Shown here piece by piece: positions 39,130-48,863 of a stretch of 64,000 nucleotides of DNA. Position 1 is the first letter of the stretch, and the number at the start of each line of letters is the position of its first letter. Position numbers and translations under genes: made by a program. Under the pieces are notes generated by a model. The model was given only the letters and a program-made list of their open reading frames with translations. It was not told the DNA's origin and searched no databases. This DNA comes from Bdellovibrionota bacterium (GTDB lineage Bacteria > Bdellovibrionota > UBA1018 > CAIPTA01 > JAALKR01), in the NCBI GenBank assembly GCA_965207455.1, contig CBDBMJ010000003.1, forward strand, positions 224,001-288,000. The letters are read 5' to 3'.

Positions 39130-39555
39130 ATGACAAATCCGTATAAAACACAGGCCTACTATAAAACCCATGTTGAAACTGCCAGCAAGGAAGCTTTGCT
39201 TCTTATGCTCTATGAGGCTTGTATCCGCTTCTTAAAAAAAAGTAAAATAGCTCTAGAAAATAAGGACATCGCAGAAAAGGGAAAGATGCTCGGTAAGGCT
39301 CAAGATATTGTAAACGAACTGAATAGTACTCTAGATATGGAGAATGGCGGAGAAGTGATGGATCAGCTCCAAGCGCTCTATCTCTACGTCTCCACGCAAT
39401 CCACGGAAGCCAATATCCACAACGACCCCAAGAAAATAGATCATTGCATAAAGATAATGACTACTCTCCACGAGGGGTGGCAAGGCGCAGTAGAGCAATT
39501 ACAAGGACATTCGCCCCCCAGTTCCGCCAAAAAATTAGATATTCGGAGTAAGTAA
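39130..39555 (+). CDS. fliS: Flagellin export chaperone
   Basis: VETASKEALLLMLYE, KAQDIVNEL, LDMENGGE, LQALYLY, LHEGW. Confidence 0.93.
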   Translation: MTNPYKTQAYYKTHVETASKEALLLMLYEACIRFLKKSKIALENKDIAEKGKMLGKAQDIVNELNSTLDMENGGEVMDQLQALYLYVSTQSTEANIHNDPKKIDHCIKIMTTLHEGWQGAVEQLQGHSPPSSAKKLDIRSK

Positions 39556-39989
39556 TGAAAGAACTCTTAGACTTAATAGAAAAGGGAAGCCGTTGGCAAA
39601 AAAAACTTTTTGATATTACTCAAAATTTTTTGCTAACCTTAGAGAAAGATTTGGATGCGGGGATGGATGAAATTGATCACTTCGTGAGCAATCGCCAAAG
39701 CCTATTGAATATAATCGATGGCAACACGGCAAAGATAAATCTCCTGCTCCAAGAAAAGAAGATAACAAGTATGGATGAGAAAAATTACAGGAAAGTGGAA
39801 TCATATGTTAGACAAAAAGAATCCATGCTTGAAAAAATTAACAGTACAGATACGAAAATACTAAAAATAGTAGAGTCCGTGAAAAGCGACGGCTTAAAAA
39901 AATTAAGAACGATTAACCATGGAAAGAAAGTAATCACAAATTATAAATTAAGGGGGGTTGATTCTTCGGAAATCGACTTAGAATTATGA
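39555..39989 (+). CDS. Helical protein, FliT/FlgN-like by position
   Basis: Coupled to fliS; FVSNRQSLLNII resembles the FliT core. Confidence 0.5.
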   Translation: MKELLDLIEKGSRWQKKLFDITQNFLLTLEKDLDAGMDEIDHFVSNRQSLLNIIDGNTAKINLLLQEKKITSMDEKNYRKVESYVRQKESMLEKINSTDTKILKIVESVKSDGLKKLRTINHGKKVITNYKLRGVDSSEIDLEL

Positions 39990-41005
39990 CGATAGATTTA
40001 ATAGAAGATAAATACCTGGACCACAAGTTAAACTTTGAAAAGCTGCCTTCCATATATTCGTTGGTAGAAGAAACATTTACCGACACGGAGCAAAGCCCTT
40101 CCAACAAAGTGTACAAAGAAAATGGTGAACTCAATGCCACTTTTCTTTTAAAAAACACCCAAATACTCTTAGCAGCAAATGATTGGGCTTCTGCAAAGCC
40201 CATATTTGAAAGTTTAATTCAGCATGGGGAATACCTTGGTGCTGCTTACGCTGGCTTAGGTGTTTGCTTAGAATTGGCTGGTAGTTTGGATTCAGCGGTG
40301 CTTGCCTATAAAGAGGCTGTGATATACGAACCATCGTATATACCTCTTATTGCTTTAGCTGATCTGTTGATACGGAAGAAAAATAATAAAGAAGCCATAA
40401 GTGCACTGCTTCGATCCAGTCATTTACCAAAGATTAAAAAGGAAGAGTTGTTTAAGATTCAAAAATTATTGGGGAATTGCTACCTAAGAGAAAATCTCCT
40501 AGATCATGCTGAAAAACATTATAAGCAAGCATACGATTTGTGCCCAAATTCGGACACAATTCATGTAAGCATAGGCTGCCTAGCGATCCAAAAAAAGCAA
40601 GGAAACCTAGCAAACCAGCAATTTAATAATGCCTTGAAAATAAATGAAAACAATATAAGTGCCCATATCGGTCTTGGTCTTACCCACCTTATGCGAGAAG
40701 AAAAAATGATGGCCCACGACTCTTTTGCCCATGCCCTAGAAATAGAAAACACCACACCCATGGCGCTATACTATCTTGTAAAATGCGCCTATGAGCTTTC
40801 CTCCTACGACAAAGCAATTGAAATGCTATCTCAGTTTATTGTAAAAAATCCTGTGAACAGCAACATGCTCTTCAGTTTATCCGGGCTATATTTCCATAAA
40901 AAAGACTTTGTAAATTCCAAAAAACACTGTCTGGAACTACTGAGATTAAAACCAGAACATGAGGGATGCAGGAAATTATTAGAAAAGTTAGAAAGCATGA
41001 ACTAA
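39986..41005 (+). CDS. Tetratricopeptide repeat protein
   Basis: Repeated AYAGLG/LGNCY/AHIGLG TPR patterns. Confidence 0.85.
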   Translation: MTIDLIEDKYLDHKLNFEKLPSIYSLVEETFTDTEQSPSNKVYKENGELNATFLLKNTQILLAANDWASAKPIFESLIQHGEYLGAAYAGLGVCLELAGSLDSAVLAYKEAVIYEPSYIPLIALADLLIRKKNNKEAISALLRSSHLPKIKKEELFKIQKLLGNCYLRENLLDHAEKHYKQAYDLCPNSDTIHVSIGCLAIQKKQGNLANQQFNNALKINENNISAHIGLGLTHLMREEKMMAHDSFAHALEIENTTPMALYYLVKCAYELSSYDKAIEMLSQFIVKNPVNSNMLFSLSGLYFHKKDFVNSKKHCLELLRLKPEHEGCRKLLEKLESMN

Positions 41006-41025
41006 GCAGGAGCCCATCACAGACT

Positions 41026-42630
41026 ATGGACAAGTACCTAAAAAAAATAGCTATTATTCAATTAGGTAAAATAGAAGAACTACTGTTTACACTGCCCACA
41101 ATATCCGCTCTCTACAAAAAGAACGAAAATCCTGAAATAACTCTCATCCTAAGTCAAGCGTCCACCTCACTGGATTACAAAAAAGAAAATATCCACAAAA
41201 TAATTGTGGTGGACCCGGAGATGCCGAAAATTGGAGAAACAGAGGCATACGATCTCTTAGTAAATTTAACATTTACATATCAAGGCGCTCAATTATCAAG
41301 CGCACTAGAATCAAAAGCCAGACTAGGCCCATACCTAAACCATGAAACCCAAGAATATGAGCTCCCCGAATCATGGCTACAGTACTACCTATCCGTAGTA
41401 AACAAAACAAACTTAAACCCTTTCCACCTTGTGGATATATATAAATATATCGCTCAGGTGCCGGAACAAAATACTTCTATTGAAGTATCGCCTCAAGAGA
41501 TTTCTAGTTTTCTTCCTTTAGCTTCTCCCAGTTTAAAAATTGGATATGAAGTGAATAAAAAATGGCCCATAGCCCATGCAATTGAATCTATTCGAGATAT
41601 ATTAAATGCCTATCCTCAGGCCGTAGTTTTTTTATTGAGTGCCGGCACCAGTGCCAGCACCAGTGACGGCAATGAGATAGGAAAAGAAATCACCCATAGC
41701 TTAGGTTCTCGCTGCGTCGACCTATACAAGCAAAGCACACCTTCCGCTCTTATGGCTATTTGTAACCAACTGGATATTGTTGTGGGAAGTTGTTCCCTGC
41801 CCATTCACTTAGCCGCTGCTTGTAACACTCTCACCATAACTCTTGATTTTTTTAACCAGAATTTATACCAAATGGGTCCGTACGGTCATGGTCATCTTCT
41901 CATAACCTATCCTCCCAACAAAACAGGCGAGCTACCCATATCATCGAATTTTCTAGCCTCCACGCTAAAATTTATACTTTCCCATTCCGGCGATCATCCT
42001 TCATTAAATAGTTGGAAAGATTTTTTTAAGACAAACACATCCAATGCTCAAGTATTTCTTTCCCAAAGGATTATTTTTATGCAAAAGAAATCCCAGCGCG
42101 TAGACCTGATCTATGAGCCTTTAACAGAAAATGAGCATAGTTTTCAAGGAGTATTGTTTTCCATATATAGATTAGTCTGGCAATACTGTATACACGACTC
42201 CAACGACACCATATATCCAGTAGCTGTAAAAAAGGAATCCACCCAACATGCTCTCATCAACCTTCTCGACCCTATAAAAAAACTCTATCAAGCTGCCTCC
42301 TTTGGGATAGATTATACAAAAAAAACATCCGTTGCTCTTAAGTATAATGATTTAAAAATGGCTGAGAACTATTCTTCTAAACTCCAAGAGGTGGATGATT
42401 TAATAGAATCCCTATCCCAAAAGTTCCGCCCCTTGCAGCCAATTTGTAATTTCTACCGGACACACCAATTCTACAATAAAAAAGTAGACCTTATGGAACA
42501 AGTTAATGCATCTCTCAATGCTTACGAGACAATTAGAAAGCAAAGCCTAATCATAGAAGACCTCATACAAAATGTAACTAGGAAAAAAGATGAAAAACAC
42601 CAAATACCACAACCAAGTTTTATTAAGTGA
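41026..42630 (+). CDS. Glycosyltransferase family 9 (heptosyltransferase-like) protein with a C-terminal helical extension; motifs degenerate
   Basis: KKIAIIQLG...TLPTISAL N-terminus; YDLLVNL; LDIVVGSCSLPIHLAAA; GPYG. Confidence 0.7.
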   Translation: MDKYLKKIAIIQLGKIEELLFTLPTISALYKKNENPEITLILSQASTSLDYKKENIHKIIVVDPEMPKIGETEAYDLLVNLTFTYQGAQLSSALESKARLGPYLNHETQEYELPESWLQYYLSVVNKTNLNPFHLVDIYKYIAQVPEQNTSIEVSPQEISSFLPLASPSLKIGYEVNKKWPIAHAIESIRDILNAYPQAVVFLLSAGTSASTSDGNEIGKEITHSLGSRCVDLYKQSTPSALMAICNQLDIVVGSCSLPIHLAAACNTLTITLDFFNQNLYQMGPYGHGHLLITYPPNKTGELPISSNFLASTLKFILSHSGDHPSLNSWKDFFKTNTSNAQVFLSQRIIFMQKKSQRVDLIYEPLTENEHSFQGVLFSIYRLVWQYCIHDSNDTIYPVAVKKESTQHALINLLDPIKKLYQAASFGIDYTKKTSVALKYNDLKMAENYSSKLQEVDDLIESLSQKFRPLQPICNFYRTHQFYNKKVDLMEQVNASLNAYETIRKQSLIIEDLIQNVTRKKDEKHQIPQPSFIK

Positions 42631-42633
42631 CTT

Positions 42634-43257
42634 ATGAAAACAACAATCTATATCAATGGAAACGAAAAAAAATTAGATGGAGATATGCTCTTTGGAGAAT
42701 TAATTGAAGAGATCAATAGTGGTCTTGACAATAAATCCTCTATTATTTCCAAAATAAAAATTGGGGATAATTTCATATATGGAGATATAGAAGATAAGTA
42801 CTCCAAAACAAAATTAAAGTTACTGGATAAAATTGATTTGTATATTGCCGATCCACTAGACCTAGCTTTTGAAGCTCTGTCATCGTCCACAGATTATATA
42901 AAAAAAATAATCGCCCAAAGCCAAAAGACAGGTGCGCTGTATGAACACGACGTACCTAAAAGACTGGTGGAGCCTGCGTTTGTGTTGCTAGTAAATGGTT
43001 TAAATAACTTAGCTGAACTGCTGGCTTCTGCACAATATATTGTAAGGACTAGGCTCAACACCTCTGGGGTAGATGAATCTCCCCTTCGAATTGCACAAGC
43101 TCGCCTAACCTCTGCCATACGAGAGCTACTGCCTGCAAAGGAAGAAAATAATAGAGAGCTCTTAGCAGATGTACTCTCCAAGGAAATTCCTGAAGCTCTT
43201 ATGGAGTTAATGGATGAAGGACTCCCAGTGCTTCATAAAATGAAGCCATCTAATTAA
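42634..43257 (+). CDS. Hypothetical protein, last gene of the fliD operon
   Basis: 207-aa ORF starting 3 nt after the GT9 stop. Confidence 0.65.
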   Translation: MKTTIYINGNEKKLDGDMLFGELIEEINSGLDNKSSIISKIKIGDNFIYGDIEDKYSKTKLKLLDKIDLYIADPLDLAFEALSSSTDYIKKIIAQSQKTGALYEHDVPKRLVEPAFVLLVNGLNNLAELLASAQYIVRTRLNTSGVDESPLRIAQARLTSAIRELLPAKEENNRELLADVLSKEIPEALMELMDEGLPVLHKMKPSN

Positions 43258-43290
43258 GTCAATAAAAACAATAAGTTATAATTTTTTGAG

Positions 43291-44430
43291 GGTGTTGTTG
43301 CGTAATATTTTGTAAGGATTGATTTTGGGGTATAGGGAGCCTATCCACATATCTTTTAGGTAATAGTAGAGGAATGGGGCATTCCTAAATGAGTCATCCG
43401 ATTGAGAATGAAGACCTTAGTTCTTGCTTCAGTGAGCTGATTTTCAAATTTTCTGCTAGAGAGCGTATTCCCTAGTATTTTTTTGAAGCGATACATGCAA
43501 GTTTCTACATTTGATCGCTTGTGATGATCTGTTTGTTTTTTCCACGCTCGCCTTCCTCCATAACTCCAAATCTCTTCAACTAATTCATCCCTTAAACTAA
43601 GACCTGGGTCTCCTCTGACCTGAGACTTTGATGTACCTGTCCTGAGAGCTATGCTGGCCTTTGCTCCAGTTTCTGCGATAGCAGTAAAGCAATTTCTAGA
43701 GACATAGGCACCATCAGCATATACTCTGCCTATATTTTTTAAACCTTTTAGTAATGGCTTCATCATTTGATCGTCGTGGACAGTGGCTTTTGTCAGTTCC
43801 ATGCTCACGATTTGATGGCTATCGGGGTCTACTGCCAAGTGTAGTTTTCTCCAAGTCCTTCGCTTCCCTTTACCATGAGTTCGCATCTTCCACTCACCCT
43901 CTCCAAAGATTTTTATTCCGGTAGAGTCTACGGCGATATCAGTAATTCCTTGGGTCTTTGCTTTATAGGAAATATTTACTTTTAAATCTTTTGAACGTCG
44001 AGAAAATGAACTATAGTTTGGAATTTTTAATGCTCCTATTTTAATGAGCTTAAACATCGAACACATAAACCCTTGGGTTGCACGCAAGGGTAAATGAAAT
44101 AGGCTACGAAAGATAAGTCCTAGCTCTATACAGCGATCACTATATATGAATGGACGACCTCGCTGGGGGTTGGGATTTCTAGGAGCATACCAATTTTTTA
44201 TCATATCGTCATCGAGCCATAAATTTATATCTCCACGCTTTATCAATGCTCGGTTATATTCTGACCAATTGATGTTTTTCTTCGTTCTTTTACTCATAGT
44301 TGGCCTCCTTGCCTTCTTTCAATTTAAGTATATTTTTGCTGAAGGTATATAGTTAGGCGCGTCAGAAGGCCCCAGAGGGCACTAGAGGTCTCTCACAGAC
44401 TCAATTTGGAGCTATTTATGCAACAACACC
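43291..44430 (-). mobile_element. IS5-family insertion sequence, IS903 group (1140 bp)
   Basis: TIRs ggtgttgttgcgtaa / ttatgcaacaacacc; 9-bp target duplication TTTTTTGAG at 43282-43290 and 44431-44439. Confidence 0.95.
43356..44297 (-). CDS. IS5-family (IS903-type) transposase, intact
   Basis: NWSEYNRALIKRG, AVDSTGIKIFGEGEW, WRKLHLAVD, ADGAY, RSNVETCMYRFK, LNRMTHLGMP. Confidence 0.95.
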   Translation of the reverse strand: MSKRTKKNINWSEYNRALIKRGDINLWLDDDMIKNWYAPRNPNPQRGRPFIYSDRCIELGLIFRSLFHLPLRATQGFMCSMFKLIKIGALKIPNYSSFSRRSKDLKVNISYKAKTQGITDIAVDSTGIKIFGEGEWKMRTHGKGKRRTWRKLHLAVDPDSHQIVSMELTKATVHDDQMMKPLLKGLKNIGRVYADGAYVSRNCFTAIAETGAKASIALRTGTSKSQVRGDPGLSLRDELVEEIWSYGGRRAWKKQTDHHKRSNVETCMYRFKKILGNTLSSRKFENQLTEARTKVFILNRMTHLGMPHSSTIT

Positions 44431-44457
44431 TTTTTTGAGAGAAAATCAAAATAATAC

Positions 44458-44486
44458 TTGATGAATCCGCACTGTTATGGTATAGT
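44458..44486 (+). promoter_or_regulatory. Sigma70-type promoter of the tandem secreted-protein pair
   Basis: TTGATG-17-TATAGT with a TG extension. Confidence 0.55.
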
Positions 44487-44545
44487 GCATTAATTGAGCT
44501 TGGCACATGGTGTGCTTTTGGCAATATAAATTAAGGAGAGAAGAA

Positions 44546-45130
44546 ATGAAGAAACAAAATATATTAATAACCCTAGCAATGGTGCTTACTATGGCTTTAC
44601 CGATAACTGGGTATTCGCAAGAGGATGCCTCTCCAACACTCGAGGAAAAAGTAGAAACTATTGCCGAATTTTTTGTTTCCGAGAATTACGATGATGTAAA
44701 GGATAATGTACTAAATGATGTAAAGGATAATGTACCAAATGATGTGAATTCTAACAGTACAGCGTTCTTTTCTACAATAAATCATCTAATCAGGGATGGA
44801 GATGATAAACATAAGAGCGATTTCCGAAAAAGACTGCTAGAGCAAATGTGGACTTTATTCCAAGAACATCTTGGTTACGAGGTTATTCATTGGATGGATT
44901 TAGAGGAGCAGAATTTATTCTATCAGGAAATGGAGAAGAAATTAAATGTTAAGTTCGAGGCTGAAGAAAAGAAAATAAAGGATAAAATAAAAGCTAAAGG
45001 AGAAGCGGCAGGACGGGCAGCAGAGAAAGAAAGAAGAAGAAAAACAATTAATGCTAATAAAGCCCTCCATGAATTGTATGAAGAGGCGAAATCGCCCTCA
45101 GGCTTTTGGGAAGATCTCTTTGGATTTTGA
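44546..45130 (+). CDS. Exported hypothetical protein, tandem paralogue 1
   Basis: AAGGAG SD; signal peptide MKKQNILITLAMVLTMALPITGYS; C-terminal SGFWEDLFGF. Confidence 0.8.
   Translation: MKKQNILITLAMVLTMALPITGYSQEDASPTLEEKVETIAEFFVSENYDDVKDNVLNDVKDNVPNDVNSNSTAFFSTINHLIRDGDDKHKSDFRKRLLEQMWTLFQEHLGYEVIHWMDLEEQNLFYQEMEKKLNVKFEAEEKKIKDKIKAKGEAAGRAAEKERRRKTINANKALHELYEEAKSPSGFWEDLFGF
44691..44748 (+). repeat. 24-bp in-frame tandem repeat (about 2.4 copies; DVKDNVLN/DVKDNVPN)
   Basis: atgatgtaaaggataatgtac(t/c)aa at 44691 and 44715; partial copy at 44739. Confidence 0.85.
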
Positions 45131-45159
45131 ATCGACTGAATTGAGATAAATAACATAAA
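45046..45159 (+). repeat. 114-bp direct repeat, copy 1 (3' end of gene plus downstream sequence)
   Basis: Identical to 45636-45749. Confidence 0.9.
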
Positions 45160-45183
45160 CCAAATTAAAAAGGAGAGAAGAAA

Positions 45184-45720
45184 ATGAAAACACAAAAAAA
45201 TATACTAATAACCCTAGCTATGGTGCTTACTATGGCTTTACCGATAACTGGGTATTCGCAAGAGGATGCCTCCCCAACGCTCGAGGAACAAGCAGAAACT
45301 ATTGCCGAATTTTTTGTTTCCGAGAATTACGATGATGTAAGGGATAAATTACTAAATGATACCCACGGAAATTCTACAATAAGTGATGTAATGAGGAGTT
45401 ATATAAGAGGAGAGATAGCATACTTTAAAAGCAGGCTGCCAGGTGAAATGTGGACTCTATTCCAAAAACATTCTGCTTATAAAGCTATTCATCGGATGGG
45501 TTCAAAGGCTCGGGATCTGTTCTATGCGGAAATAAAGGATAAAACAGAGGCTAGGCTCGAGGTTGAAAAAAAGAAAGTATGGGATGAAATGAAGGCTGAA
45601 AAAGAAGCGGCAAGGCAGGTAGAAAGAGAAAAAATAATTAATGCTAATAAAGCCCTCCATGAATTGTATGAAGAGGCGAAATCGCCCTCAGGCTTTTGGG
45701 AAGATCTCTTTGGATTTTGA
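45184..45720 (+). CDS. Exported hypothetical protein, tandem paralogue 2
   Basis: AAGGAG SD; near-identical first ~50 and last ~27 codons to paralogue 1, divergent middle. Confidence 0.8.
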   Translation: MKTQKNILITLAMVLTMALPITGYSQEDASPTLEEQAETIAEFFVSENYDDVRDKLLNDTHGNSTISDVMRSYIRGEIAYFKSRLPGEMWTLFQKHSAYKAIHRMGSKARDLFYAEIKDKTEARLEVEKKKVWDEMKAEKEAARQVEREKIINANKALHELYEEAKSPSGFWEDLFGF

Positions 45721-45749
45721 ATCGACTGAATTGAGATAAATAACATAAA
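45636..45749 (+). repeat. 114-bp direct repeat, copy 2
   Basis: Identical to 45046-45159. Confidence 0.9.
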
Positions 45750-45798
45750 TAGGAGGACACACCCCCTTGCAAGCTCAATTCATATGGGATTTTTTTAT

Positions 45799-47310
45799 TT
45801 ATTGATTTGTAGAAAAAGGCACTGCTGCTTGACGGCTAATCTCCAAGTAGCGGCTGGGAAATAAGCCAATTTGCAAAGTAAGTAGCACGCAAGCAGTTAT
45901 GGCCAGTGCTGCAAATGTGCAGGACTTTCTTGCCACAATCTGTTCTTCTCCTGGTTCCTTCATATACATAAATATTACTATCCGTAAATAATAATAAACG
46001 GAAACTACGCTGGTAAGTATGGCAGTTAATGCTAAGACAATTTCTCCGGACTGTACTACTGCGCTGAAAAGAAAATATTTTGCCACAAATCCCGCTGTGG
46101 GAGGAAAGCCTGATAGGCTAAATAAAAATATTGTCATGGCAACGCCAAGCCATGGATAACGATAACCCATGCCCTTTAAATACTCAATGTTGCTATCCTT
46201 ATCCATCTCACCAGAAAAAATGGATAGAACAGTAAAGGCTCCTATGGTCATCACTGCGTATGGAATAAAATACATCAGCATCGAAGAGTAGCCCACCTTG
46301 GGACCAACTAAAATGCCCATCATTAAATAGCCGGTGTGGGCAATGGCACTATAGGCAAGTAAGCGCTTTAAATTCTTTTGTGTTAAGGCAACAAAGTTTC
46401 CGATGATCATTGTTGCCAGAGCTAGCCACCAGATAATATGATGAAAAACATTTCCCCAATTTTCCATCCGTGCCAGCCCCTCCACGTTTAGAAATACAAA
46501 GGAAACCCGAATAAAGGTGCCAAAGACGGCTATCTTTAGGGCTGTGGACATAAAGCTCGTAACAATAATGGGCGCACCTTCATAAACGTCGGGGGTCCAG
46601 ATATGAAAGGGAAAGGCAGCAACCTTAAAAAAGAAACCCACAAAAATAAGCACAACCCCTAGAATTAAAATAGGGTTGCTTACATCGCTCCCATCCTGTC
46701 CTAATACCTGAGCTATTGTTAAAAGATTGGTAGTATTTAAGGCTCCGTACACAAGGGCAATTCCATATAGGAGCAAGGCGCTTGCCACACCTCCAAGGAT
46801 AAAGTACTTAATTGCAGCTTCATTGGATCGTATATCCCGTCTTCTCATCCCCACCAAGACATACACTCCAAGACTCATCGTCTCTAGTGCAATAAATAAA
46901 GTGATCAACTCCACCGTGGACACCAAACTCATCATTCCCAAAATAGATACCAATAAAAGAACATAGTATTCAGGAAAATGAAGCTCTTCATCTTGGAGAT
47001 AGCGATACCCACCTAGAATGACCAAAAGACCCGTAGCACTTAGAAGAATATTGAAGAAAGAAGAGAAATCATCCAAATGCAACATATTAAACACAATCAC
47101 AGGACTAGTGCCCCAGTACTCAATATTCCAAAACATGGCAGCTAGTAAGGTGAGTATGGATACAGCATATACTAATTTTTTTCTCATTTTTATTTTCAAT
47201 GTACCAACGAGTAGCGCTACCATGGAACCAATGGCAACAATAACCATGGGCATGAGCGCTTGCCATTGGGCTAGGCTGATAACTAAATTTTTTGGATTGA
47301 TCAATTCCAT
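45799..47310 (-). CDS. nuoN: NADH-quinone oxidoreductase subunit N
   Basis: FIALETMSL, EAAIKYFILG, FKVAAFPFHIWTPDVYEGAP, KRLLAYSAIAH, GFPPTAGFVAK. Confidence 0.95.
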   Translation of the reverse strand: MELINPKNLVISLAQWQALMPMVIVAIGSMVALLVGTLKIKMRKKLVYAVSILTLLAAMFWNIEYWGTSPVIVFNMLHLDDFSSFFNILLSATGLLVILGGYRYLQDEELHFPEYYVLLLVSILGMMSLVSTVELITLFIALETMSLGVYVLVGMRRRDIRSNEAAIKYFILGGVASALLLYGIALVYGALNTTNLLTIAQVLGQDGSDVSNPILILGVVLIFVGFFFKVAAFPFHIWTPDVYEGAPIIVTSFMSTALKIAVFGTFIRVSFVFLNVEGLARMENWGNVFHHIIWWLALATMIIGNFVALTQKNLKRLLAYSAIAHTGYLMMGILVGPKVGYSSMLMYFIPYAVMTIGAFTVLSIFSGEMDKDSNIEYLKGMGYRYPWLGVAMTIFLFSLSGFPPTAGFVAKYFLFSAVVQSGEIVLALTAILTSVVSVYYYLRIVIFMYMKEPGEEQIVARKSCTFAALAITACVLLTLQIGLFPSRYLEISRQAAVPFSTNQ

Positions 47311-48863
47311 ACAAACCTCTCTCTACGTTGTGAACTGTAGGAAACACTGGGTCTGTACTCAGTTCCATTCGTCAAACTTTCCGATAAATATTTTACAGAA
47401 GGCTCCATCTTAGAAAGAAAGGGCTTGGGATACAAGCCCATAATAAAAATTAAAGCAACCAGTGGTGCTAAATAGCAAAACTCTCTAAGGTTTAAATCTT
47501 CCATTGCTGCGTTTTTCTCATTGGTTACCTTACCGAATAAAAGTTTTTGACAAAGCCAAAGCATATAGACAGCACCTAAAATAATACCCAGTCCACCACC
47601 TAGAGCCATATACGGATTGGATAAAAATGTTCCCTGTAGAATTAAAAATTCCCCTATAAAACCGTTAGTGCCTGGGAGAGCCATTGAACTCATGGTTACA
47701 ATAATAAAGACGGTGGCAAAGAGGGGCACGGGCTTAGCTAGCCCACCGAACTCGGAAATTTCCCTAGTATGCCGCCTTTCGTATAAAATACCTACGAGTA
47801 AGAAAAGTGCGCCTGTGGAAATACCATGAGCCAACATCTGGTAGAGGGATCCCATGATTCCGATTTCGTTCAAAGCAAAAATCCCTAAAACAATATAGCC
47901 CATATGGGAAACGGAGCTATACGCTATAAGTTTTTTAGCGTCTGTCTGCGCCAGAGCCATACAAGCTCCATAAATAATAGCCACAACAGCAATGCCCATC
48001 AATATCGGCGCATATAAAACCGTCGCTTCTGGTGCCAGCGGCATTGCAAATCGTATAAAGCCGTATGTTCCCAGCTTTAATAAAATACCCGCTAAAACCA
48101 CGGACCCTCCCGTGGGTGCTTGCACGTGGGCGTCCGGCAGCCAGGTATGAAAAGGAAACATGGGCACTTTCACCGCAAACGCTAAACAAAAAGCAAGAAA
48201 GACAAGCCCTTGGACACTAAAATACCCTCCACCAGAAAGGTTTAATTTATATAGATTGAGAAGAGTGGCCGAGTAAAAACCAAACTGAGCTTTATGTTCC
48301 AGCACTAAAAAGATAATGGCAATGAGCATGGGCAGGGATCCTGCCACTGTATACAGTATAAACTTAGTGGCTGCGTATATTCTTTCCTTACCTCCCCAGA
48401 TACCCACAATAAAAAACATGGGTATGAGTATGGACTCCCAAAATATATAGAATAAAAACATATCCAGAGATAAAAAAGTTCCAATCATTCCTGTTTCTAA
48501 AATAAAAAGAAGAGCTAAATAACCACGCACGTTCTTTTTTATATATTTCCAACCTGAGAGAATAATAATGGGCATGAGGAAGGTGGTCAGTAATAAAAGA
48601 AAGAGGCTAATGCCGTCCACACCTATAAAATATTCTATGCCAAAATCTGGAATCCAAACTGCACGTTCTGCGAATTGAAAGCCTGACTGGGAGCCGTCGA
48701 ACTGAAGGCATAACTGTATGGACAGGAACAGGGTAATAAGAGAAAATAACAAAGAAAGCACTTTTACCGCTGCACCGTCTTTCGGAAAGAGTACTGTGAC
48801 AAGCGCCCAAATAATAGGACTAAAAATTATGCAGGATAGGATATGCTCATGAATAAACGCCAT
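47301..48863 (-). CDS. nuoM: NADH-quinone oxidoreductase subunit M
   Basis: FYIFWE, VKVPMFPFHTWLPDAHVQAPT, LLKLGTYG, KKLIAYSSVSHMG, GFIGEF. Confidence 0.95.
   Translation of the reverse strand: MAFIHEHILSCIIFSPIIWALVTVLFPKDGAAVKVLSLLFSLITLFLSIQLCLQFDGSQSGFQFAERAVWIPDFGIEYFIGVDGISLFLLLLTTFLMPIIILSGWKYIKKNVRGYLALLFILETGMIGTFLSLDMFLFYIFWESILIPMFFIVGIWGGKERIYAATKFILYTVAGSLPMLIAIIFLVLEHKAQFGFYSATLLNLYKLNLSGGGYFSVQGLVFLAFCLAFAVKVPMFPFHTWLPDAHVQAPTGGSVVLAGILLKLGTYGFIRFAMPLAPEATVLYAPILMGIAVVAIIYGACMALAQTDAKKLIAYSSVSHMGYIVLGIFALNEIGIMGSLYQMLAHGISTGALFLLVGILYERRHTREISEFGGLAKPVPLFATVFIIVTMSSMALPGTNGFIGEFLILQGTFLSNPYMALGGGLGIILGAVYMLWLCQKLLFGKVTNEKNAAMEDLNLREFCYLAPLVALIFIMGLYPKPFLSKMEPSVKYLSESLTNGTEYRPSVSYSSQRRERFVWN

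Noticed and set aside
45125..45183. Integron attC sites between the tandem secreted genes
   Set aside because: No RYYYAAC...GTTRRRY inverted-core structure and no integrase nearby
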